A stretch of 64,000 bases of DNA from Chiloscyllium plagiosum (Eukaryota): NCBI RefSeq assembly GCF_004010195.1, contig NC_057719.1:48992723-49056722 (forward strand). Direction: 5' to 3'. This document shows, in pieces, positions 14,079 to 24,900 of this stretch. The notes beneath the pieces are model-generated. The model was not told where the DNA came from. It saw nothing but the letters and a program-made list of their open reading frames with translations, and searched no databases. The position numbers and the translations under genes are program-made. Positions within the stretch are counted from its first letter, which is position 1. Every line of letters begins with the position of its first letter.

Positions 14079-14789
14079 AGAACTGAGAAAGCTAACAGGA
14101 GATTTGATAGAGGTGTTTGAAATCACGAGGAAGATAGGTAGAGTAAGTAACAAGAAACCTGTTGACAATGACAGGACACAGATTTAAGGTGGCTGGCAAA
14201 AGAATAAAAGGCATCCTGAGGAAAAGCTTTTTCAGTACAAGTAATCACAATTTGGAATGTGTCTTCTGAAAGGAAGGTGGTATCAATTCAAGAATAACTT
14301 TGAAAAGGAAATAAGACAGATATTTGATGGAGAAACAATGGTCAGGATATGAGGAAGGAGTTAGGATGTGGGATTGAATATTCTGGATTGAAAGAATTCT
14401 TTGAAAGAGCTGGCACAGACTTAATGGGTTGAATGGCCTCTCTCCATGGTACCACTCTATAAGTCTATATGCCTGCACAATCAATAAGACAGCAAAGTTC
14501 TCAAAGAAGATCCTCCACGACCTTCTCAGGGTAATTAAGAATACACAATTAATGCATCCACAGACAAGAATACAAATAAACTTTGCAGAGGGCATATAAG
14601 AAGCGAATTTAACTTTCATTACTTTACACAGTGGGGGATAAATTGGGGTAGGAGGGGTGTGCAAGGAGCGATGCATCATCCAATTTAAGCATCAATAGGG
14701 TAAGCTTTTGAGAAATAATTTACAGGTGTTATGAGAAGCATCATATCATACACCATTGCTGAGCCTGCGAGACTAGAGATGGAAAATAA

Positions 14790-14866
14790 TAGTCATAGAG
14801 TCATAGAGATGTACAGCATGGAAACAGACCCTTCGGTCCAACCCGTCCATGCCAACCAGATATCCA
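14790..14866 (-). mobile_element. Short 5'-truncated CR1 3' tail
   Basis: AGTCATAGAGTCATAGAGATGTACAGCATGGAAACAGACCCTTCGGTCCAAC is the reverse complement of the tail at 42635-42688. Confidence 0.85.
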
Positions 14867-16227
14867 AACAACGTTCTCTCTCCCATTATTCACATAAACT
14901 TGCTATTTTGAGCTTGAATACTGCCTCGTTTGTATTTCTGCCTGTGGTATAATATTGTGCTTTTAACAACAATTCCCATGAAACACTCCAATTTATCAGT
15001 GAAGGTCTGGGCTTGGCAGTCTCCCTTCACTATTTTTGCTGAATATGGTAATCACTATTGTGGATGATACACTTCCTCTACAAATGCCTCTTCTGAATAT
15101 TTTGTGGCCTTTTCTTTCTCACCGTAATGCTCTATTACAGTGATCATGAGATTTTTCGGTGCAACATCATTGAAACCAGTTGTTACAAAGGATCAAAGTG
15201 GTCCTGCATGCCATTCTGGTTCTTGCCCCAACTAGTCTGTATTGAACTGTCTGTTGATCAGAGCTGGGCTTTTATCCAACGGCCACTGGTGACTTCCTGT
15301 CTTTAACAAAAACCGAAATCTGCCATTTCAGCAATTTTTAGTCACTTGCACATGACTTTCAGTCTTCCATTTTAACAGTCAAGGCATGAATTAATGCTTT
15401 CCTTCAAATAATGATGATTGAAAATGTAGGACTGGCATAGTCATGGTATGCAGGCTGCAGTGGGAGAGTCAATGATTCATGCACTATTAAACCAAGAAGG
15501 ACAATTAAAGTTATAAATTACCAAACAGTCTGGTGATGGCAAAATTATTCCTATTGCATTTCTCTAAAACATTCCATTGTGATGCCTCAGTTAGGAGCAG
15601 GTAATGCTAATGGAATCAACATTGTCATAGCTGGTTATGTTTTCATTTAATAGCTTTTTTTTTCAACATTCTATTTCCTCTCATATGAGGAAATTTCCGT
15701 TGGGCACAAAATTGTCTGTATTCCAATAAAAATGTCCCACATTGACTTGCAGAGTCATATTCTACGGGATCACATTTCACACTTTTGTGAATATGTAAGC
15801 GGGGTGTGATTGAGAGCAATTGCAAACTGACAGTTCAGAGCATGGCAGTGCCTCATGGTGGGAGAAAGAAATACCATTTATGGCCCACATTGGTAGGAAA
15901 GTTTAAAAAATAGGATTTCAAAGCAACCTAAGTCATTTTCTTTAAGAACGACGGATAATATTTCACACAGACAAAAACGTTATATGATGTTACTTTATGA
16001 GTTTGACCAAGCATTTGGAATTTGGAAAATATGTGTGGAGAGAATTTATTCTTGTGTACTGAGGTGAAAGGCTACAAATAAGGAGGACTGGTTACAGATG
16101 AAGTCCTATTGTTATCAAACATTAGCTCGAGGCATCACCTCGGGTTAAACTTTTGGATTCCTTTTTGTCAATTCAGTCTTAGAAATGAGTATTTTATAGC
16201 TCAGCTAACAAAGTTGAGGAAGTTTAT

Positions 16228-16480
16228 GCACGGGCTTCCTTCGAGTACTCTGGTTTCCTCCCACAGTCCAAAGATGTGCTGGTTGGTTAGATTAGCTGGG
16301 CTAAATTGTCCATAATATCCAAGGATCTGCAGGCTACAATCGCACATCCAGGGGAATGCAAGGTTACAGGGATGGTGGTGGGGGGTGGTGGGGGTGGGGA
16401 TGGGGGTGCTGTTGGGTCTGGGTGGTATGCTGTTTGGGTCAAATAGCCTGCTCTTACACTTTGGGGATTCTATGATTCTA
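16228..16480 (+). mobile_element. 5'-truncated, diverged HE1-type SINE
   Basis: GGTTTCCTCCCACAGTCCAAAGATGTGC...GCTAAATTGTCC and a tail ending GGGATTCTATGATTCTA. Confidence 0.75.
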
Positions 16481-17947
16481 AGAAATGGTTCTTCCTTCAG
16501 TTGAGAAGTGTTCAATTATAGATGACTAGAAACATGTAAGTCAGAGTGGGCATCACATAACTCCAGTTTGCTGGTTGGTCCTATTGAACACTCAGCACCA
16601 ACATCTCAGGGCACACTCCATGAAGAGCGGCCACACACACTCTCTGCCCACAGACATTAGCATCTGACAGCCTCATTCTACTATCACTATGGCACATCTC
16701 TAATCCACTTAAAGCATCATTCTGCACATCAATGCTACACTTTGAAGCACACTGGCATCTTTCATTTAAAGGTTGGTGCAAGAATGTTTTGTGCAAGGGG
16801 AAGCCACTCATCTCATGATTTGGATCAGGCTGCATCTCAGGGCTGCTCACTTCTTCCCTTAGTGTTTACTCACTTTGTGTGTATTTTGATGCTCACAGCA
16901 TCCCTCTCTTATTTTATCTTGCTTTTTGCCACAATCTCCTCTTAGCCAGACTTAAAATCTCACTATACTTCAGTCTTGCCATGTGCTTAATGAAGACACA
17001 AAGTCAGGCAGCTTATCAAGATTTTCAGCAGTGATCAGTCAGGGGAGTGAACATGTTACTGTATGGCACTGTGCTATGTCAGTCTTGTTGAATAGTATGT
17101 GATTTCATCCTGTTACAAATACACTTTGTGTGCTTCAAACAAATGGCCATGTTGCAAAGTCTATGAGATAGTCTTCAGTCAAGTCAATGGAGGCTTCTTT
17201 CTGTCAGTCAGGGGATCCTGGTACAGTCAGTGAAGGGTATCATTTGACCTTAACCGAGGGGCTTTAACATGATCAGTCACCCGCTTGGACTGGACACAGT
17301 CAAGGGATCTGTTTTATTACAGTCTGGGGAGTGAGCCATGTGCAGATCCTGCAGTTCAGTGCAAACAGTCAGGGCATTTGCAATGTGGTCAGGAAACTGC
17401 GTAGAGTTCCTCCAGGGATCTGGTCAGTCGTTGATCAGGATTGTCCGTCCAAGTCAATCAGTGAGGTGGGTCATGGTCTTCCTAGGGGTCCAGCTCATCC
17501 AGGGACAGTGCTGTGTTAGGGAAAGTTGGAAAACTCATTTGACGTTTAAAGGATGACAGTCCTTGGGAGGAATTGCAATCCTGTGGCGTTTGGTGGTTAG
17601 TGGTGGTGATTCAACTTGGGTACTGTGTAGTATGATGATGGATGTGACTGAACTGTTGAGTAATGATTAAAACTGCAGATGTTATTCCAGGTGGTGTATG
17701 GGAACATATGGAAGATTGGTATTTAATATTGGTGTGTGTGCCAGGAAGAAAGTTACGTTAAGATTTAGAGGTCCTCTTGATTATTGGGCTGACCCTAAGA
17801 CTCTGCATCAAGCACAATCTTTGTTGCCTTCCATACTCAGTTGACACCGAAGTGCACACTGCAATCACATTCGAAATGAGAATCAGTGTTTCTATTTCTG
17901 TGAGGCCCTTCAAGGGCCAATTATTCAGCACATTCACGATAATATAA

Positions 17948-18165
17948 CAAAAAAGAAAGTGCTGGAGAAACTCAGCAGTCCGGAAGCATCTTTGAAGAGA
18001 GAAACAGAGTTACCCCTTCAAGTTCAATCAGTTCTGAAGAAGAGTGATATTGGACGAAAGCATTAACTCTATTTCTTCCTGCACAAATGGTGCCAGACCT
18101 GCTGAGTTTTGCAACACTTTCTCTTTTTGTTTCAATTTTCCAGCACTTGCAGTATTTTGCTTTTA
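17948..18165. mobile_element. Palindromic pLTR mini-element
   Basis: GAAAGTGCTGGAGAAACTCAGCAG...GAAACAGAGTTA versus TAACTCTATTTC...CTGCTGAGTTTTGCAACACTTTC. The centre reads CTGAAGAAGAGTGATATTGGACGAAAGC. Confidence 0.75.
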
Positions 18166-18727
18166 CTTTCATAGTGCAAGTTGAAGTTGAAGTTACCTGT
18201 AATCGTAGCACCATTCATATGAACTGTATGGGATGCAAATTCTGGTCACAAGCAATCTTAACCATATTATTGGTGATTACAGATTGAATATAGTCATCTG
18301 TGAAGCAGAATTAATCACAGGTGACCTTAAAAGTGGGAGCTGTGAGACGCAAATCACAAATATACTGAAAGATCTACCAGGCTTTGCAATGGTATGGGAC
18401 TGGTTTCCTCTCACCTTGAACTGTATATATTCACTGATGTGCTTATATTTGCAATGTTGCCTTTTTTGTGCAATGAAGAACTGGGAGATCAAGATTTCAT
18501 TACTTATACAGTATTATTAATCTCCTACTGTCTCTTTTGTGCTGCATTAATTGGAATAAGTTCCCCATGTCAAAGTTCCATGTATACTCATTCCATGGTC
18601 CTCCTTGTCAGAGTCGTCCATATCCCACAGCATGGAGGTCTGTATTAAATTTTTATTTATGTGTAATGTGAATACTGACTGCTGACGTTACTAAGGAGAT
18701 GTCTTGTTTCTGATATTCCCCTCACAG

Positions 18728-19645
18728 GGTCACTGGAAGCATGATTGATGGATCCAATCAAAGCAGGGGTTACTGTCTCTGTAGTTGTTGGACAATGAAA
18801 GAGCAGAGAAATTGAGGAGGAACAAATGCACAAGCAAGACTAGAAGCAGAAGCAACCTCGAGGGGCTGCGAAACAGCTCCACATGAAGAAATAACAGCTA
18901 AATGGTACAGGACAGCCACAGTCTATTGTCCTTAGTGCCATTTTCTCCAGATGAGCAAGGATGCTGTGTCAAACTTTTATGCAACTGGATCCTTCCAAAG
19001 ATCCTCTGGGGACCTGTGAGACAACTGTCCATTCTCCACCCACAAATGTATTAAGGCTGTTATCTGTGCCACATTATACTGTTTCATCTTGTTTTCCTGT
19101 GATGAGGTCAGTGTTACAACCTCAAAAGTAGGCTCTGGCAACATGGGTTGGTTTCCCCCAGAAACAGGGAACCAGACATTGTCAACACGAGTCATTGAGA
19201 GGGCCATTTCATAATGTAGCTGAGTTTATCAATAGAAAAGGATTTCATTCCATCAATGTGCAGGATGTTTGTGATCATTGTTACCACATCTGAAAAGACT
19301 ATGGGGTTAAAAACAATGACTGCAGATGCTGGAAACCCTTGGATGCTGCCTGAGAAGACTATGTCAGGTGGCCTTGGGGTTGTCATGATGCCCATATCCT
19401 TAAGAACTTTCATGTTCCTGTTGTATACCAAGGGCTAGATGCCTTTTGCGAGGGTTGCTGGGAGACCACCCTCTGCGACCATGCTTGATGACTCCATATT
19501 GCAAGCCCTGACCAAGGCTGGGGTATTGATAAAATACAGACCATTCTTCACCAGGATCATGAAGGAGCAGCCAATAGACATGCAAAAGATAAGATTCTGA
19601 TGGCTAGATTAGCCTGGGGACACCTTGCATTACAGTCCAGAAACA
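18728..19645 (+). pseudogene. Fossil PIF/Harbinger DDE transposase (HARBI1-like, DDE_Tnp_4 family), with frameshifts and stops
   Basis: Manual translation across frames gives NFYATGSFQRSSGDL (from 18972), EFINRKGFHSINVQDVCDH, RWPWGCHDAHILKN, LLGD..HPLRPCLMTP, KIRF*WLD and TLHYSPE. These are collinear with Harbinger transposase motifs. Confidence 0.85.
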
Positions 19646-20150
19646 ATATATAAATGCAATTTTTTTTATTGGGTGAGAGGGCAACTCTGAAATCAGTTAT
19701 CAGATGGAGGACTGAAAACTCACAATAAGTTTCAAAGAGTTGGTTAAAATTCAATACTGTTCCTGTCACTTAATCATTGAACAGTTGTGACCCTGAAGAC
19801 ATTGTTTACCATACCTTATGCCTCCAATTGTCTCTTGTCAGTAATCCAACTGCCTGGCTCTATTTGGATGGATACATATACAATTATTACTAAAGAATGA
19901 TGTTCATTGACTTCTCTTCCAGTGTTTGCATTGTTACCTTTGGAGTCCTGAGGATTTCTCCTTGATATCTTTCAATTTTTCACTCATATGCTGTCACTCC
20001 ACAATTCTCTGAATGGTCAAAATATTACCCTGAGAAATGCCTATTCAGTTGAATTGGAACAGGCACTGTGTGTGTGTATTTTCTTTCTGTATTCAAATAA
20101 CAGGGCCCTGGGCATTAATACATGTAGTTTCTAGTACATTCAACTGCACG

Positions 20151-20501
20151 GTGGGCGGCATGGTGGGCGCATTGTGGGCGGCACAGTGGCACAGTGGTTA
20201 GCACTGCTGTCTCACAATGCCAGAGACCCGGGTTCAATTCCCGCCTCTGGCGACTCTCTGTGTGGAGTTTGCACATTCTCCCCGTGTCTGCGTGGGTTTC
20301 CTCCGGGTGCTCCGGTTTCCTCCCACAATCCAAAAATGTGCAGGTTAGGTGAATTGGCCATGCTAAATTGCCCGTAGTGTTAGGTGAAGGGGTAAATGTA
20401 GGGGAATGGGTCTGGGTGGGTTGCGCTTCGGCGGTTCGGTGTGGACTTGTTGGGCCGATGGGCCTGTTTCCCCACTGTAAGTAATCTAATCTAATCTAAT
20501 C
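20151..20501 (+). mobile_element. Full-length HE1-type V-SINE with a reiterated 5' end
   Basis: A box TGGCACAGTGG, B box GGTTCAATTCC, V-domain and (CTAAT)n tail. CTGCAC flanks both sides. Confidence 0.92.
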
Positions 20502-20745
20502 TGCACAACACTGCAAATTCAGATGATAATCTCAAATTGGTCGTCAGCATAAATCTTTGCACACTCATAAATAGGGGAATGGGTCTGGGTGGGTTGCGCT
20601 TCGGCGGGTCGGTGTGGACTTGTTGGGCCGATGGGCCTGTTTCCACACTGTAAATAATCTAATCTAATCTAATCTGCACAACACTGCAAGTTCAGCTGAT
20701 AATCTCAAATTGGTCGTCAGCATAAATCTTTGCACACTCATAAAT
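20399..20745. repeat. Tandem duplication of about 173 bp (SINE 3' end plus unique flank)
   Basis: 20399-20571 is repeated at 20572-20745 with only a few differences. Confidence 0.92.
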
Positions 20746-21897
20746 ATTTAGCAAATATTGTTCAATTGTAGAATCAGACTTAATGTTGGATTCTGTGTTT
20801 TGGGTTTTGCAAATGTGGGCTGTTTTGGTATGGTCAGTTGAACGAATTTGCTGTTGGATATGATTGCTAGTCTTTGGGATGGATAGCTGATATACCTAAC
20901 AACATACTACTTCTGAAATAAATAGACATGTTCACATTACTCATTTAGTGATAAACAGAATGTCTTTTGGCTTAATGGCAACATCTTGTTTGTGGTAAAT
21001 TCCATTCTGTTACTATTGCATTGTAGCAGTGTGAAGCTAGTTTCACTTCTTGCACAGATTTTTGAGATACTTTACCATTCCAGGGTAATATGAGGCAAAC
21101 TGCGCAAATATCAGAACCAGAGGTGACAACCTTAATATAGTTCATGTGTTTGCATGATATACAGTGAGAAATGATCTGATCAGGGTCACCGTTATCCTGC
21201 AGGATGGCTTTGATACACCCTATTTAGCTTACACACTGAACAAATGGCTTGAACCTTATTTGATCTCCATGGCAATGCCTCAACTAATTACAGTGCACTT
21301 ACCAGTAAATCAGATCTCTCCTCTCAAATGTACAAACATTGCTTTTCTTTCATGTTGCCATTCTTGTGAATTGTCCTGACCGTGCTACACATAAAGCTTT
21401 GGCAAAAATATCTTTTTTTCTGCAATGCTCACGTAAGTTTTTCCATTACTTCTCTGTGATGTGGTTAAAGTTCACCAGATTTGTTAATTTACAAAGCTGA
21501 AAAATTCCAACTGAAGTTTCTTTTTAGCATATCGACTACTTTGTCATATAAATGAATATTTATATTCATTCCTACATTTCAAATTATTTGCCAATCAAAT
21601 ATTATCTGGCTCACATCACTTCACTGCAACTCCTCACAGATCTGCCCTCCCCAGCTCTGTGAGATTAATGTTATCTGACTTGACAAGTGGCGCATGGAAC
21701 AATTAAGTTCTAGTGCTGGCACTCGTTAATCTGCAGATTTTGCGACTTAATACTTGTTTTGACTTTTAATTACTTACAATGCTTAAAAAACAGGGAAGAT
21801 CTTTTTCAGATACTTGAACAGTTAATTACAATTTCACATAAAATAGACTATGAGGTGATGTAGAATCAATCTGATCAGAAATTTCCTTGTTTGATCT

Positions 21898-21952
21898 TAT
21901 AGAGTCATAGAGTCATGGAGACGTACAGTGTGGAAACAGTGTCTTCGGTCCT
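21898..21952 (-). mobile_element. Very short CR1 3' tail
   Basis: ATAGAGTCATAGAGTCATGGAGACGTACAGTGTGGAAACAG. Confidence 0.7.
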
Positions 21953-24900
21953 ATAAGTCTTGATTTTCAGTCTTGGCAGATATAGTTTCATTACTAAATA
22001 TGTTGATTCATTAAAAATAGTAAAGTAACATCTGATAAACTAATATGTTTATATAACAGGGGTACTAGAGGACAACAAAAGTAAACTTGGTATTACAATT
22101 TAAACATGAATATTTTTCTAGGAAGATACAATGTTTCTGAAGATGTAGATATTGAAACACAAAATGGAGATACCTTTTAAATAATAAGCTTCAACTGAAG
22201 ATGACATGCAGTTTTCAACTTGTTTCCTTTTCATTAACAAAGTATTATAAGAATTCCTCAAAATATTCTCAGTTTAATTTCTAACATAAATGTCAGAAGT
22301 GGAAAAATCAACATAAAATTAAAACATTAAATGTTAGGATAATAGTTTCTGCAGTGGAAAAATGAGCATGTTTCCATATGAAGGAGTGTCTTTGATGATA
22401 TAGATGCTCCATTAATGCAAATGCTATGTGGATGCATTGCAGTCCTGCCATGTAACAATAGCAGGGACAGTTATGAACAGTGCTGACAATAGTTATATTT
22501 GAAAAGTAGGTTTTTTTTACTCATGTAGTGATTATTTATTTGATATTCCAATGCAACATTCAATGTGATCAAATGGAAACATTGAAATATTAAGCACGTC
22601 GGTGTACATTATTGTTTCTACACTACCACAAAGAAATATGAAAGGTTCTGGTGTAAGAAGCCTTATAGACTAGATAGGTTAAGAAGGTTAAGCAACATCA
22701 GGCAACCAATAAGCATGCACCTACTCCACTGAGAACCAATTCACACCATCTTAGCATCAGTTCCTACACAAAATGCCAAAGACATTTGCTCTTTTCCTCA
22801 TCAGGATTAAGCAAACCTGGACCAAACAAGAATCACACACAGTCAGACCCACCTTAAGTTATAAAGAGATGGTGCCACTTCTCTCAGAATCATCTAACAG
22901 CTTCCAATGCTAATTTGCCAACCGAAAGTTGTGAGTTAAGTGGAGCCTTTGTGCTTGTCAAGAGCTCTTTGCTCATAAATATAGGAGTTTTGCATGGATT
23001 TGCCTAAGCACACTTGGAAGAGTCAACGCTTTGAATTAGATTAATCAGAACACATCCTGAGCATGCTGTAAGTTAAAGCAATTTGATTAATTTTACACAA
23101 ATGTTAAAATAGATTTGGCAGAGTGAATCGACATTGAGCTCACCAACATGTAAGATATAAACAAAGCTTTTAACGTAAACAAAATTAAAAATACCAATAC
23201 ATGAATCATAATAGATAAGAAATGTTTAGCTATAGTATAGTTTATTAGAGTAACAGGTACTAAGAATTTTCATTACTTTTCGTCTTCTTCTGCCAAAGGT
23301 TTTGTGAGAATATATCTCACAGTGACGATGAGTGAAGCATCTTGTTCAAAGAAATTAAAGTTCTTTAAACATATTTATGGTGTAGGCAGTTTTATTTTAG
23401 CAAAACACCAAAAATTCCTGGTGAGATCTTAAAAATGAGTTTAAATTCATTTAGAATCATCAAATACCTCTAAAAATGAAAATCATATTTGATGTTAGTC
23501 AACTATTATCCCAGAGAGAAATGGAATGCTAGATAACATTCATATTGTAAGAGAGGATAATAATTTAACAGTACAGTATTTCACTGAAGAAAGTTATTTA
23601 AAGAAATTGCTGAAATGTTTAAATATTTTACAACATTTATGACTAAAAGCTTCAGATAACTCACATTTTTAAAAAATGCTTTCACTTTTGGAATGCCTTA
23701 TGTCATGACCTGTTAATTTCAGAAATTAATAAGAATTCATGTTTTAAGATGGTTGAATCACAATTCTGAAAACTGAAGAAATTCACTACTTCTTGGGAAG
23801 TCTTGTGACTAGGCACCAGCCTGTGAAGTAACATTGCTACGTTTTAGTCTCATGCTACTTCCATCTTTTATCCTTTTTAATTAGAAGGCAAATTCTCAGA
23901 CTGCTTGGCCTAATCCCTGCACAGTCGAACAAAGCCCAGCAATGTCTTTGAACGGTGTTCAGCCGGGCAGCACAAACCCTAGTAACTGATGGCAGTAGGG
24001 GCAGGATCCTGACCTCCATCCCAGCCATTCTTCACCAGCTCCTGATGCTCCCTGCCCCTTAGAACTTTGTTCCTTGCTCTTCTGTTTAAAGCCAGAAAGA
24101 CAAAAGGCAAAGACAATGTGGGAAACCTATAGGATTGGCTAGGTAGGGAGGGGGAGCAAGTGGCAACTGGGCCAAAGCAAATGGAGTTTCACAGAAATGG
24201 ACACAGTGAGGAGAATTGGATCACCAGATTATGTTTCTAGTCTCAAGAAATTTCTTCACACCTCACTAAATCTTTTCATTGACAGTGCTACTTTTTAAGA
24301 ATTGTTGCATTCCCAATTACCATAGGGGTGCTCAAGTAAACACCCAAACCCTATTTAGAAGAGCAAAGTACCATATGTCTTAATACTGCTCTGAGTTGAT
24401 TACCTTTACATTGAAGGAGCTATATAAGCATCTTGTTTCCTGACACTGCATTCAGAAACAATTGCAAACAAACTGGTTATATTAATGCAAATCAGCAGCC
24501 ACCCAGGGCTGCAATGCAAGGATTGGCTGTCTGGCAGAGTACAAACTACTTTAGAACCAAAAGTATCACATGCTTCATTAAGAATATTTTACAAATGTTA
24601 GCAAATTCAGATATATACAATAATAAGTGGGCTGTAACCATATCACTGAGGTAATTGATCCTACATATTATTAATCATATTTTGACTTACTTTTCTAAAC
24701 TTTGACTCATTTCGATGATACAACTGGAAAAATATACTTCTACCCAAGATCTCTCCTCCACCTCTTGTCAGAATTATATATGAACCAAATAAAGCCAATT
24801 CCATTTCCACTTCATGACCTTCCTGGATTTTTAAAACATATTGGGATTTGAATCTATGATTACATTCATTTCTAATTATTTATAATGACTAAAATTTCAG

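Larger units (their letters stand above)
11690..14462 (+). mobile_element. Old decayed CR1 LINE ORF2 interrupted by three younger inserts
   Basis: ORF 12631-12960 contains GVPQSSVLGSLLFLIHIN...KFADD (CR1 RT motifs). It ends in a 3' tail ATGGGTTGAATGGCCTCTC at about 14425-14445. Confidence 0.8.

Noticed and set aside
18728..19645. Functional HARBI1 gene
   Set aside because: It has multiple stops, frameshifts, deletions and an insertion, so it is a decayed transposon copy.
21303..21384. Minus-strand exon-like unit with a GTAAGT donor
   Set aside because: All three frames contain stops and the acceptor is weak, so it is not supportable as coding.
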